IMG/VR virus record: IMGVR_UViG_3300011335_000335
Span: 1-36,320 of that record
Length of the DNA: 36,320 bases
Source: a virus
Taxonomy: Duplodnaviria > Caudoviricetes
Strand: one strand, 5' to 3'
Shown: one piece after another, positions 16,521 to 26,146 of the stretch
Position numbering within the stretch: the first letter of the stretch is position 1
Layout: each line of letters opens with the position of its first letter
Translations under genes and position numbers: made by a program
Notes under the pieces: generated by a model
The model's input: the letters and a program-made list of their open reading frames with translations, nothing else
Told to the model about the DNA's origin: nothing
Database searches by the model: none

Positions 16521-17684
16521 TTATCTTCCACCTCTGCCAGAACGAATACTCTGTAATCGCTGAACTAAGAGGTTGTCAGCGGCTTTTTTATCGCCGCCCT
16601 TGGCTTGTTCACGAAGTTTGCTAATATCGCTATCAGTACTGCTATTGCGTTGGCTTGAGCCTTTACGCGATGTCAATGCTGCCATACTTGCGCCTGCTGA
16701 CTTTGTAGCGGGTTTATCTCTATACTTCAATCCATCACGGACCAAACTTAGCAAATGTTCATCGCTTGAAATCAAGTCGATGTTGGGAATACCTGGAACC
16801 ATTTCACCTTTGGATAAAGGCCAAACCTTGGCAATCTTTTCGCGAATCTCATTAAAGACATAATCATTTTTCAACTCTTTGTCAGTAAATCCCTTGCGAG
16901 AAATTTCCACTTGTTCCGCTACCTGCTGAGCACGGGCTTGTCTAAACTGATCCACTCGCGGCTTCAACTTACCTATGGTCTGTTGTTGCTGGCGAATGTA
17001 CTGTTCATTCTGCGCCATCCCTGCATGAATCCTTGCAATTTGTGCTGGATCCTGTGTCCTTGCTAATTGTTGCTGAAATGTAGTTTGGTAATTTTGTGTT
17101 TTCACAATTTCCTTGTACGCTTTTTGCAACTTAGGTTGGACGGTAAATTCCATTGCTAAAAGTAAACCATCTTGTTGTTGCTTTGCTTGACTTTTATATT
17201 CATCAAACTCTGCTCTATCAACTTTCAGTTGGCGTGCTTCTTCGTGTATTGCGCTTCCTTGACCCAAAATTGCCGCGGCCTTCTTCGCATCAATAATAAC
17301 TTCTTTTCCATTTTTCATGAACTTGAATTTGGCTTTTGGATTTGAGTCCGCAAATTCTAAGAAGTCAATTAATTCATCTGCTGAAGAATCAGTACTATCA
17401 GTGCTTACATCTTCATGGGCATCTGTGTCTTGATTGTCACTGGCATATTCGTTGTCGCTGGAATCAGCAACTTCAGCATCAGCATTATCGCTGGGTGCCA
17501 CAGAGGTCGAATCTGCTGCCGCATCATCTTCTCCTGTTGCAGTCTGTTCAGTAGGGCGAATCTGGTTACGCATTGTGTTTTCACGCATTGCGGTCATCTT
17601 AGCGGCTATAGAATCTAAACTTGGAACTGCGCTTTGTTCAGTGCCCGTGCTCTGCGGAGCATTAGGGGTGATCGTTGTTTCCAT
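16521..17684 (-). CDS. Capsid scaffolding protein
   Basis: Acidic disordered N-terminus, coiled coil and basic C-terminus; lies between portal and capsid. Confidence 0.8.
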   Translation of the reverse strand: METTITPNAPQSTGTEQSAVPSLDSIAAKMTAMRENTMRNQIRPTEQTATGEDDAAADSTSVAPSDNADAEVADSSDNEYASDNQDTDAHEDVSTDSTDSSADELIDFLEFADSNPKAKFKFMKNGKEVIIDAKKAAAILGQGSAIHEEARQLKVDRAEFDEYKSQAKQQQDGLLLAMEFTVQPKLQKAYKEIVKTQNYQTTFQQQLARTQDPAQIARIHAGMAQNEQYIRQQQQTIGKLKPRVDQFRQARAQQVAEQVEISRKGFTDKELKNDYVFNEIREKIAKVWPLSKGEMVPGIPNIDLISSDEHLLSLVRDGLKYRDKPATKSAGASMAALTSRKGSSQRNSSTDSDISKLREQAKGGDKKAADNLLVQRLQSIRSGRGGR

Positions 17685-17728
17685 TAAATTTTCCTTTTGT
17701 TAAGGGCCTTGCGGTTACCTTGTACTTC

Positions 17729-17734
17729 TATTTA
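17729..17734 (-). promoter_or_regulatory. T4-late-like promoter box upstream of scaffold-capsid
   Basis: cTAAATA in the intergenic gap. Confidence 0.75.
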
Positions 17735-17742
17735 GTATCGTG

Positions 17743-18096
17743 TTATGGCTGACTATCCGTATTACCTGAATTTTCAGCCTTGACCATTACATTCTTTTTA
17801 TATACAGCACTTTTAAGTGTGTTGATAAAACTATCAATGCCACTTAACTGATTGGCCAATGCAATTCGTTCTGCATTTGCTTCTTCGTTGTGTGTGCGTA
17901 TATTTGCCAGTGCATCATTTACTTCAAATTTAAAGTGATGCACAAACATAGCCAGGTCGCGATTCTTTAGCAATGCTTCTGCTAATGAACCGTAGTTCTT
18001 AACAGCATCTCGCTGACCTGGTGTAAGTTTCTTAATATTACTTGTATCAATTGTTAAACGCTTGTTATATGCGTCCACTGCTTCTTCGCTGATCAT
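17743..18096 (-). CDS. Hypothetical helical protein between portal and scaffold (117 aa)
   Basis: AAAGGA RBS; typical podovirus synteny. Confidence 0.8.
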   Translation of the reverse strand: MISEEAVDAYNKRLTIDTSNIKKLTPGQRDAVKNYGSLAEALLKNRDLAMFVHHFKFEVNDALANIRTHNEEANAERIALANQLSGIDSFINTLKSAVYKKNVMVKAENSGNTDSQP

Positions 18097-18116
18097 TTCC
18101 GTTCCTTTTTAAAATC

Positions 18117-20405
18117 TTAACTGTATACTTTAGGATCGCCTGCTGCCATGCTCATAAAGTCCAATTGACTTTCAGCATCTGTTCCAGCAACTTCCATTTC
18201 AATTTGTTTTGCTTTGACATCATTCAAGTTGGCAGTTGATAGTTTAACTTTGTCTTCTGGACTTGATTGTTTGTTTTGTGCTTGCTTTTGTGCTGCCTGT
18301 ACCAGACCCATAAGTTCCTGATCACTTGGCAAGTAAGCATCACAATCTTTAACACCAAGTGCATACAAAGTATCTTCAAATGGCTTGATCATTTTCTTGA
18401 TTAGTTCAACACTGGCTGCACCTGAACTGGCAAGTCCATCAATTAGTTGTAGCACTTCGTTCTGACATTTGCGAATTAGTTGTAAACGGTTCAATGAGTT
18501 TTCATCACTCATCATACCCAATGCCAATTCCAAGTGAACTTGTTTGCGATCGCAGAAGTTCATGTCGTCCCAGGCCTGGTAGTCTAAGAATACAGGCTTC
18601 TTGTCTGGGTGACTTTCTGCCGCTAACTTTTTAACACCATAGTCATCACCATACTGAATCAGTGTACGCCAGATTAACCAAATTGCTTCTTTAAGACCTT
18701 CAGCACTATTACGAACTGTGTTGTCTTGAATAATTTGATTAGGGCTTAGAGCCATCTGTAATTTAATACCACTATTACCTGGTGCCATAACTTCTGGATT
18801 GAATACATCACTTGGAGTAGTCATACCAACCATGGCCATTGTGTCTTGTTGGATACGGTTCATAGCAACTTCTAAGAACTGTAGGTTGCCTGAAGGAGGA
18901 GGCAATTGATAAATGTCTGTTGCTGGATTAAACTTGCTGTCTAATACAAAGATTGCTGATTCGCCATCTTGCAACATTTCAAAGTCTAATCTATCTGGCT
19001 TGACACCAATGCGTGGTGTAGCAGTTAATAGACCCAATTGGATTTCTGCACGAGCCGCTGATGTGTTGTATTCCTGCATAGGAATAACTGACTCACCAAT
19101 ACTCATACCATAGAAGTTGCCTGGTAGTGGCTTTGGACACATGTTGGCCACAGGGATAAACTCTACTTCGCGAGCACTAATAATGTATGAGCCTGAATAA
19201 ATCAATTCAATTAGTTCTAATTCGCCATCACCATCAATGTCATACTTGTTCCAAACAGTAACGATACTGACCTGGCGTGAGTCTGGATCTGCACTTGCGG
19301 CTGAACTAACTGGGATACCCATAACTGGCACAGAGTCACGAGCATGAATAGCCAAGTTGTTTAGTACTGAACCTGCTTGATACGCACCGTTCATGTTGTA
19401 CTCAGCAAACTGTCTAAAGTTTTCTAAGTCGCCTTGAATGCCAGGATATAATTCAACTGCTTCTTGAATACTCATTGGATCGTAGTAACCACAGAATGGC
19501 TGATCCTTCATTTCAGGCACAGTAGGATCACAAATCCAATAGTGCTGTGCAATAGGGTGGAACTTGATGTTGATGTTCCAACCAGTTAATTTATATTTTG
19601 CTCTGTATGTTGTGTTGCGAGCAATAGCATCACGAACTGCTTGCTCTTGACTGTTTAGTTTTGCTTCGTTTGCGTCAACTTGTTCTGCATTAAATGCATC
19701 CATATCAACTTCATCACTTGGCATACGCATTGCTTCAACTTGACTATCAATCATACTTTCAGCATAATCATTTTGTTCTTGGCCAAATGCTTGTTTGCTT
19801 TCTGCCATGACTTTGGCCATGTCAACATTGATTTGACGCTTGCTTTGGCGTAATGCTGTGAGCCCTGAATCAGCGGCTTGTAATTCAAACGCTTTTAGTT
19901 GTTCGTTAGTACCTTCAGTTTCAATATAACGGTCAATTTTCTCACGCACAGGCTTGATCATCATCATACCGTTTTTGTGCATGTTAGCATCCATGGCCCA
20001 ACGATTGATAATAAAGTGCGGGTCATTCATCTGGTTAACAACTTTGCTGACCATACGACTTGCTTGTCTTGCGGCGTCACTGTCGCCTTCTTCTTCTGGC
20101 ACAAATTCAAAGTTAACTTCACCATTGGGCATTAGGCCCTTTGTGATAACTGCTGTGGCATAATCCACAACTGGCTTTACACTGGGGTGAATATAGTCAA
20201 TGCCATTTACAGGTGCTGTTGAGTCTGTAACTGCAAGACATAGGTAGTGATAATCTGTTGCACGGTTTACTGCGTTCTTTGTGCCAAGATAGCGCAAGTA
20301 GGATGCCATCTTAACATCCATTTGATTCTTCATGCGAACAAAAGTAGCGTTTTGCTTCTTATTCTGATTAATGTCCTGCACTGGGATATGTTTAATATCA
20401 AGCAT
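18117..20405 (-). CDS. Portal protein (P22-like size, 762 aa)
   Basis: Follows TerL; FEFVPEEEGDSDAARQA, DIDGDGELE and PGNFYGMSIGESVIPMQ motifs; C-terminal coiled coil. Confidence 0.88.
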   Translation of the reverse strand: MLDIKHIPVQDINQNKKQNATFVRMKNQMDVKMASYLRYLGTKNAVNRATDYHYLCLAVTDSTAPVNGIDYIHPSVKPVVDYATAVITKGLMPNGEVNFEFVPEEEGDSDAARQASRMVSKVVNQMNDPHFIINRWAMDANMHKNGMMMIKPVREKIDRYIETEGTNEQLKAFELQAADSGLTALRQSKRQINVDMAKVMAESKQAFGQEQNDYAESMIDSQVEAMRMPSDEVDMDAFNAEQVDANEAKLNSQEQAVRDAIARNTTYRAKYKLTGWNINIKFHPIAQHYWICDPTVPEMKDQPFCGYYDPMSIQEAVELYPGIQGDLENFRQFAEYNMNGAYQAGSVLNNLAIHARDSVPVMGIPVSSAASADPDSRQVSIVTVWNKYDIDGDGELELIELIYSGSYIISAREVEFIPVANMCPKPLPGNFYGMSIGESVIPMQEYNTSAARAEIQLGLLTATPRIGVKPDRLDFEMLQDGESAIFVLDSKFNPATDIYQLPPPSGNLQFLEVAMNRIQQDTMAMVGMTTPSDVFNPEVMAPGNSGIKLQMALSPNQIIQDNTVRNSAEGLKEAIWLIWRTLIQYGDDYGVKKLAAESHPDKKPVFLDYQAWDDMNFCDRKQVHLELALGMMSDENSLNRLQLIRKCQNEVLQLIDGLASSGAASVELIKKMIKPFEDTLYALGVKDCDAYLPSDQELMGLVQAAQKQAQNKQSSPEDKVKLSTANLNDVKAKQIEMEVAGTDAESQLDFMSMAAGDPKVYS

Positions 20406-20432
20406 TATATAGGGTTCCCTTTACTGATATCT

Positions 20433-20438
20433 TATTTA
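20433..20438 (-). promoter_or_regulatory. T4-late-like promoter box upstream of portal
   Basis: cTAAATA in a 36-bp intergenic gap. Confidence 0.75.
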
Positions 20439-20441
20439 GCG

Positions 20442-20693
20442 TCAATGAAAATCACCTGGCAGGATGATTTTGGGCTTGCTGGCTTCTTCTTCTACACGCC
20501 GCACATAGTCTTTGGCTTTTTGTAAATCACATGCTTGGCAATGCTGACTTGGATCCTCATCATCAAACTCATAGATTGTGTGTGGCACATCATTAGATAC
20601 CATTGCTATTTCAAATACTTGTGCGTGTCGTTCACACAAGATAACAGGGGGTTGTTCCCCAACTGTTGTTAAAAATCTTCCTGTCTTTTCCAT
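20442..20693 (-). CDS. Small putative Zn-binding protein (CxxH...CxxC)
   Basis: LCERHA and HCQACD motifs; AGGAGG RBS. Confidence 0.7.
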   Translation of the reverse strand: MEKTGRFLTTVGEQPPVILCERHAQVFEIAMVSNDVPHTIYEFDDEDPSQHCQACDLQKAKDYVRRVEEEASKPKIILPGDFH

Positions 20694-20694
20694 A

Positions 20695-22311
20695 TTATCC
20701 TCCTGGGTTCATTGTTTTTTTCCATGCAGGCAAGTTTGATTCGTCCTTTGGACGCATAATTCTATCTCTTGCTGCCATCATTCGTTGTTGTGATGTTCTA
20801 TTGTCCCACGGCTCAGCAATACCTTGCAAGCAAGCAAGTAAGGCATAACGAGCAGAGTCAATAGTGTCATCTGGATCACTAAAGCGTCCGCGTTCATCTA
20901 CATAGTAGTTTTGTGCATCACTTAGGAACTGTGTGCAGTTCTCATTGATCATTAGTGAGCCAACTTCCAGCATTTGTCGCATTTGGTTGATACCATAACT
21001 CTTATGATTAGTTACACGCCCTTCTTGATCAGGCGGATTCATAATTGCTTTGTGATACACATTGAGTTCATAACTTTCAAACAGTTCTCTAATGCTACTG
21101 CTACTCATTGTGTATCTGCCAGGAGTGCTTGCGTCAGCAGGTAGCACAATAGGAGTGCCAAACACTTCAGGACGAAGCAGATGATTGATATACTGGCTGG
21201 GGACTGCTTCTTCAATACCCTGCACACAAATCTGTTTATGCAAGTAAGCAACTCGTTCATAAGGTTCCCAATACATTAATGAAATAACTGTTTGGTCGTT
21301 TACTAAACCCAAGTCCAATGCAATGACTCGTTGAATGTTTGGTATACGAGCAAAGTCGATACTTCCTGTGGTGTATGTGGGCCATTGGCGTATCTGGAAC
21401 ACAGCACCTTTACCCATAACAGGCTTACCAGCAATACGGGCTTCTCGTTCATGTGGCAAATAATCACGCTCTAACTGACGGCGAGTCTCCTTCAGCAAGA
21501 ATGGTTGTCCCCAAGGATCATACTCAGGACAGTCATCCCAACTCACACGAATAAACTCATAGCCTTCTTCTTTGTTCCAAAATTTACTTACAAGTCCATT
21601 AAGGCCTTTGAGTGGTGTGAATGAACACAACACTTTACCTTGTGTGGTAGCAGTACGAGTAACAATCTCAGAGAAGAAAGCATCTGGTGGCTGTTCATCA
21701 AATACTGCAAGGTTCAATTTGAAACCTTGTAATTGACGAACTTCCTGCGTATAGTTTGCAAACAACAAATAACTGTTGCCACCTTTGGCATGTTTGATCT
21801 CTACACCAATACAGTTGGCACCATCATTACGCATGGTGTCAACTATGATGCAGTCGCGAGGAATAGCACCCGTGCCCAAGTTCTCTGTAATCTTGACATC
21901 TTGAGTGCCCAGCAGTTCATTCTGTAATACAAGCGCAACCTGTGCCCACCCTTCACCTGCTACCATGCAAGTGATTGGAGTGTTATAACGATAGCCTTCC
22001 CACCAGTCTGGATATTGACCAGTCAAGTGACATGCTGTTTCGTAGCAGGTGCTTACGGTTTTGCCAATACGGTTGGCAGCAAGAATACCTCGGCGCGGAC
22101 TTGAACCTGTCTTAAAGAATGTAAGTTGGTGTTCAAACGGCCTAAAGTATTTTATCTGGTTGTACCGCATGTCATCAGCAACATCAATAACTAAGTCTTG
22201 CAACTGTAATTGCATGTTTGTTGGCATCATTGCGTATGCGGCTGGATCTATTGCATTTGTGTCAAGGGTATGACGCAAGGCACGAGCCATTATGGTTTCT
22301 GTGCCCAGCAT
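20695..22311 (-). CDS. terL: Terminase large subunit
   Basis: Walker A AANRIGKT, Walker B AVFDEQPP, SFTPLKG coupling motif, nuclease ALDLG and DDTIDSARYA. Confidence 0.95.
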   Translation of the reverse strand: MLGTETIMARALRHTLDTNAIDPAAYAMMPTNMQLQLQDLVIDVADDMRYNQIKYFRPFEHQLTFFKTGSSPRRGILAANRIGKTVSTCYETACHLTGQYPDWWEGYRYNTPITCMVAGEGWAQVALVLQNELLGTQDVKITENLGTGAIPRDCIIVDTMRNDGANCIGVEIKHAKGGNSYLLFANYTQEVRQLQGFKLNLAVFDEQPPDAFFSEIVTRTATTQGKVLCSFTPLKGLNGLVSKFWNKEEGYEFIRVSWDDCPEYDPWGQPFLLKETRRQLERDYLPHEREARIAGKPVMGKGAVFQIRQWPTYTTGSIDFARIPNIQRVIALDLGLVNDQTVISLMYWEPYERVAYLHKQICVQGIEEAVPSQYINHLLRPEVFGTPIVLPADASTPGRYTMSSSSIRELFESYELNVYHKAIMNPPDQEGRVTNHKSYGINQMRQMLEVGSLMINENCTQFLSDAQNYYVDERGRFSDPDDTIDSARYALLACLQGIAEPWDNRTSQQRMMAARDRIMRPKDESNLPAWKKTMNPGG

Positions 22312-22312
22312 A

Positions 22313-22513
22313 TTACTTCCCAGGTTGTGAGTCTAAAAATTCAGTAATAACATCACGCAAGAAAGCAAGATCATACTGATCAAATTTATAATCAATTTCA
22401 CATTCGCCCATGCCATCTTCGTTTAAACGAAATGTCAATTGACAAAGTTCTCGACTGATCCACTTGCCTGTAACATCAAAGCCACTGTCTTCATTACTTG
22501 CTATGTTCGTCAT
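22313..22513 (-). CDS. Hypothetical protein (66 aa)
   Basis: GGAG RBS; tightly packed in the operon. Confidence 0.65.
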   Translation of the reverse strand: MTNIASNEDSGFDVTGKWISRELCQLTFRLNEDGMGECEIDYKFDQYDLAFLRDVITEFLDSQPGK

Positions 22514-22817
22514 TTGCAGGCTCCATTGGATAAACTTGACTGATCACTGTCAAATGCCATAATGCTTCACTTAGTTTGGCAATTTCATCTGCTGTGCTGG
22601 TCCATGTTTCAGGATTGCTCAAGTCAGTGGGCTTGCGAGTTAAGATTGCTTGTAAGCGTTCGGCAGTGAGTCTCATGCAATGTTCTACTTGCCCAGGGAA
22701 ACGAACTTTAAATCCTTCCCTGTGTGCGGCATTGACCTTTTGCATGATCATGGTGTCACGAGCAATGCGTTCTTGCTGTGCTTGATGGATCATACCGTCA
22801 CGGACTTCTGTGTTCAT
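22494..22817 (-). CDS. Hypothetical protein (107 aa, start MNTEVR)
   Basis: ATGA-coupled to the upstream gene. Confidence 0.75.
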   Translation of the reverse strand: MNTEVRDGMIHQAQQERIARDTMIMQKVNAAHREGFKVRFPGQVEHCMRLTAERLQAILTRKPTDLSNPETWTSTADEIAKLSEALWHLTVISQVYPMEPANDEHSK

Positions 22818-23614
22818 GACAATTCCCATGGATTGGAAGCAACTGAATCATTTAATGATACAAATTCACGATCAATCCAGGTGTCCCAATGATTGCTTTT
22901 GTTAACACGGAATGTCTGCATCATAGCACGCAGTTTACGACCCTGTGGAGTCATTGAACCGTCTTCACGCACAACAATTTGTTCACCAGTACGCGGGTCA
23001 ACCCATTTGATAATTTCAGGACGCTCACGACCATACTTGTCTAATTTAACACCATGTGGGCGTTGATCAACTGGACCTACGATTTCATAACTGATCTGAC
23101 CAGTTTTGTATTTGCGGAAGTACACTGACACTTTCTTGTCTTGCATACGGGCTTCAAAGTCAGGATGTGGAATACTATTGCTGACAAAGATGTTTTGTAA
23201 ATCTTCTGCACCAGGTAAAGCAGGATCTTTAGCAGGAATTGCTTTTAGGTCTTCAACTGGAATTAGTTCAGTACGATCAATGTAAGGGTTATCTCCACCA
23301 ACAAACTTGGCTTCTACTTCTTGTCCATTTAGAACATCCATAGCCACTTGGTACTTTAGTTTGTTGGCACGACCTTTTAAGTTTAAGACAATCCCCGTTT
23401 CATCAAATACAAATCTCTCGAGTTCTTTGGCAGTGGGAAAGTCGGTCATTAAACCGTCCATGTCAAAGTCGCCTGCATTGGCAGCAACAGGAGGAGCAGG
23501 TTTAACTACTACTACTTCTTCTACTTTGTTTCGTTTGCTTTTGCTTGGTTTTTCAGGAGCGGCTTCTGCTGAAGTGTCCCAGGGATTGACCTGTTGGTCA
23601 TTTGTGTTTTGCAT
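22814..23614 (-). CDS. Hypothetical protein (266 aa, start MQNTND)
   Basis: AAAGGA RBS; preceded by a TAAATA box (23664-23669) and a 10-bp leader hairpin. Confidence 0.85.
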   Translation of the reverse strand: MQNTNDQQVNPWDTSAEAAPEKPSKSKRNKVEEVVVVKPAPPVAANAGDFDMDGLMTDFPTAKELERFVFDETGIVLNLKGRANKLKYQVAMDVLNGQEVEAKFVGGDNPYIDRTELIPVEDLKAIPAKDPALPGAEDLQNIFVSNSIPHPDFEARMQDKKVSVYFRKYKTGQISYEIVGPVDQRPHGVKLDKYGRERPEIIKWVDPRTGEQIVVREDGSMTPQGRKLRAMMQTFRVNKSNHWDTWIDREFVSLNDSVASNPWELS

Positions 23615-23670
23615 TTCATTTTCCTTTTCTATGCGATACATGGTGGAGTCTGTCCACCATGTTTATTTAG

Positions 23671-24099
23671 TTAAAAATTTGATTGGAATTTGCTGTAATC
23701 TATGTCTGACATATCATCAGTTCTGTTTGGATTAACTGGGCCACCAACTTGCTGACCTTGTGGAGGCATGCCAAATCCTATTTGAGGCTGCTGTTGTGGC
23801 CTTGGTTGAAATGCATTAGGCATTGAAAGAGCAGGACCTGAATTGGGATTTACCATCTGATTAATGTCAAACAAACTACCTGGGCTAAACATCTGACCAT
23901 CTTGTTGTGGTGGCATACCAAATCCCATCTGCGGTCCAGGTGGCTGCTGTGGTTGTTGCATGCCATAGTCCATAGGATTTGCAGGGCCAGCAACTTGCCC
24001 AGGTTGCTGGGGCGAATAAGTAGGATCGTTTCCAGTTATAAATGATGGAGGGCCACCTGGCTGGGTGGCAATGTTACCAAACATCTGATTAAACAGCAC
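23671..24099 (-). CDS. Pro/Gln/Gly/Met-rich low-complexity protein (142 aa)
   Basis: GTG start after TAAATA (24113-24118); repeated QxGFGMPPQ. Confidence 0.7.
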   Translation of the reverse strand: MLFNQMFGNIATQPGGPPSFITGNDPTYSPQQPGQVAGPANPMDYGMQQPQQPPGPQMGFGMPPQQDGQMFSPGSLFDINQMVNPNSGPALSMPNAFQPRPQQQPQIGFGMPPQGQQVGGPVNPNRTDDMSDIDYSKFQSNF

Positions 24100-24102
24100 G
24101 GC

Positions 24103-24384
24103 TTACTTCTTGTATTTAGAAGGCAACTTGGTGCCATCAGCAGTGGGATTCTTTTTAGGTCCTGTGTTGCTGTGTAGGCCTTCTAATGCTGGATTAGTTT
24201 TACCTGCTTGACCGCGACCACGCATTTCAAGTGCGTCTGTTACCATGCTGGCCAACTTAGACTTTTCACTTGAACTTGTGCTTTTCTCAGCCATGAAAGC
24301 ATTACGCTTTGTTGTGCTACCTGCGTTGCCTGTTGTGGGGCCACGCTTTTGATTGATAGGCTTGCTTTGTGGGTTTGAACTCAT
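24103..24384 (-). CDS. Small basic disordered protein (93 aa)
   Basis: AAGGA RBS; K/S/T/G-rich. Confidence 0.75.
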   Translation of the reverse strand: MSSNPQSKPINQKRGPTTGNAGSTTKRNAFMAEKSTSSSEKSKLASMVTDALEMRGRGQAGKTNPALEGLHSNTGPKKNPTADGTKLPSKYKK

Positions 24385-24394
24385 TTTGTTTTCC

Positions 24395-24727
24395 TTATAC
24401 GATTGTTACTGGAGTAACATATACTGTTACAGCACTTGCGGCGCTGGCAGCAACATAAACAGTTTGGAATGCACCAGAATTTAGAACCTGGATGAATTCA
24501 GTTTGGCCTGGAGCAATAACTGTTCCTGCTGTTGCCACACTTAAACTTGCTGTGTCAGCATCAAAGAACACTGGCACAGTTGTGCTTGGGTTTGATACTT
24601 TTAAAAATAAAGGTGTTTGTGCGCCAGCCAAGTTGCCCGTGACTTCAGCAAAAGTAACATCACCAGTGGCTGGTGTAGCATCTGCCGCTAATGTAAATGC
24701 GGCACCTGCGATCTGATATGCAGTCAT
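24395..24727 (-). CDS. Small beta-rich protein, probable virion decoration protein (110 aa)
   Basis: A/T/V-rich beta-strand pattern; TAATG-coupled. Confidence 0.65.
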   Translation of the reverse strand: MTAYQIAGAAFTLAADATPATGDVTFAEVTGNLAGAQTPLFLKVSNPSTTVPVFFDADTASLSVATAGTVIAPGQTEFIQVLNSGAFQTVYVAASAASAVTVYVTPVTIV

Positions 24728-25098
24728 TATCGTTGGTTCCCTTTAGTTGGTCCACGGCCTACATTAATTTTGCTGGCGTCGCCTTTGTAATTTTGTTCGC
24801 ACTTGGGTTCCCATGCACGAGTTCCACCAGGTGTACGCACTTGTGGATTTGAACTGCCACGGAACATGTCTGTGCCAGGTGTAAACTTTGGCAAGCGAGC
24901 CGCATCAGGATATGTGCTGTCGTCATCACTGTGATTACCAACTGTGGGTCCACGACCTTTGTTGATTAGTGCATCTGGATTTGTTTTAGTGTGCTGATTG
25001 CCACTGTACTTTGTAGTGGCTTTATCAAAGCCAGGATTTGTTGTGCCTGTGGCCGCATTGTAACCAGGAACGGCTCGTTGGCTTTTTGCTTCATTCAT
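24727..25098 (-). CDS. Small basic disordered protein (123 aa)
   Basis: AAAGGA RBS; INxGRGPTxGN occurs twice. Confidence 0.75.
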   Translation of the reverse strand: MNEAKSQRAVPGYNAATGTTNPGFDKATTKYSGNQHTKTNPDALINKGRGPTVGNHSDDDSTYPDAARLPKFTPGTDMFRGSSNPQVRTPGGTRAWEPKCEQNYKGDASKINVGRGPTKGNQR

Positions 25099-25244
25099 TT
25101 TGATTTTCCTTTTGATTTCTTGGCCGCTTCGCGTTTGGTTGAATACGCTATAGCCACGGCTTGTTTAACAGGTCTACCTGCTTTTACTTCTGCGGCAACA
25201 TTCTTATTGAATGCTTTCTTGCTTGTTGATTTGCTTAGTGGCAT
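25095..25244 (-). CDS. Small basic protein (49 aa, MPLSKSTSKKAFNKNVAAEVKAGRPVKQAVAIAYS...)
   Basis: Not in the track; leaderless after cTAAATA-actct; the KQAVAIA motif is common near terminase genes. Confidence 0.8.
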   Translation of the reverse strand: MPLSKSTSKKAFNKNVAAEVKAGRPVKQAVAIAYSTKREAAKKSKGKSK

Positions 25245-25248
25245 AGAG

Positions 25249-25599
25249 TTATTTAGTCTCTGGGCTTACACCCACAAGTTTAGCCAGTGCTTCTGCAAAA
25301 GCCGCTTGCTTGGCTTCAATAGCATCTTTGCTATCTGTTACTTCAATCTTAGCAAGGCTACTCATAACCTTGTTTAGAATTAAATTGTGATACTTCAGTG
25401 TTAACTGCGTATCGCTGTTGTTTCTGGCTTGTAAAAAGTCTTGTACCAACAATTCTTCATAGTCTTGCCCACCAGTGTGTTTGTCCAGGGCTTCTAATAA
25501 GTTTTTAATGCTTACTTGATCACGCGAGCCTTTGGGGCGGCCTGCGCCTTTACGAGTACCTCCATGGCCTTTGCTATTCTTTTCTTTAGTATTTTCCAT
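25249..25599 (-). CDS. terS: Terminase small subunit (116 aa, start MENTKE)
   Basis: GGTRKGAGRPKGS N-terminal motif typical of TerS; leaderless after aTAAATA-acaat. Confidence 0.65.
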   Translation of the reverse strand: MENTKEKNSKGHGGTRKGAGRPKGSRDQVSIKNLLEALDKHTGGQDYEELLVQDFLQARNNSDTQLTLKYHNLILNKVMSSLAKIEVTDSKDAIEAKQAAFAEALAKLVGVSPETK

Positions 25600-25711
25600 A
25601 TTGTTATTTATTAAGTGAACACGACACAAGCCACGCCTGCCTATTCGTTGATACCCAGGTTAGAAAGTTCCAAAATCTCCTGATTCTTGATAGTGTTCTG
25701 GGAACTTAACT

Positions 25712-26146
25712 TTACTCCTCTAATGTTGCTCTCTGCATCCAGATATGTTTCTCTAATGCAAGTACACGATCTTGTGCGTAGTTGGCAATTTGTTGTTCGC
25801 CTTCTTCTTCAGCAATAGTAATCAGTTCACGATGTTCTGCAACAAGGTGTTCTAAGTCTTCAGTGACTAATTCAATTAGTTCTGTGCTGGTGCCTTCAAT
25901 AGCATCTGTTTCAAGATGACTCAGTGTCAGAACTTCTTGAATATCGCATGGCATGTATTCTTTAAGTGTGCGTAGCAGTTCACCCAAGGTATCAATTTGG
26001 CCTTGTAGGTCTTCATAAGTTTTTTGTAGCAACTTATGGTCGCTGGCAAAGTTGCGCCCCACAATGTTTACATGTGCCACATGGCTACGAAAGTATGCTA
26101 CGAAGTTATCTCTAAAAATTTGTTGTAATGCTTCTACTGTTGTCAT
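25712..26146 (-). CDS. dps: Dps / ferritin-like protein
   Basis: HVAHVNIVGRNFASDHKLL...IDTLGE ferroxidase pattern and LEKHIWM C-terminus. Confidence 0.88.
   Translation of the reverse strand: MTTVEALQQIFRDNFVAYFRSHVAHVNIVGRNFASDHKLLQKTYEDLQGQIDTLGELLRTLKEYMPCDIQEVLTLSHLETDAIEGTSTELIELVTEDLEHLVAEHRELITIAEEEGEQQIANYAQDRVLALEKHIWMQRATLEE

Noticed and set aside
20695-22311. Intein or intron in terminase, portal or capsid
   Set aside because: Lengths are ordinary, the frames are continuous, and no splicing or homing-endonuclease motifs were seen.
25615-25711. Possible structured RNA between dps and terS
   Set aside because: Only one imperfect stem (AAGTTCC/GGAACTT) is visible, which is insufficient without comparative data.
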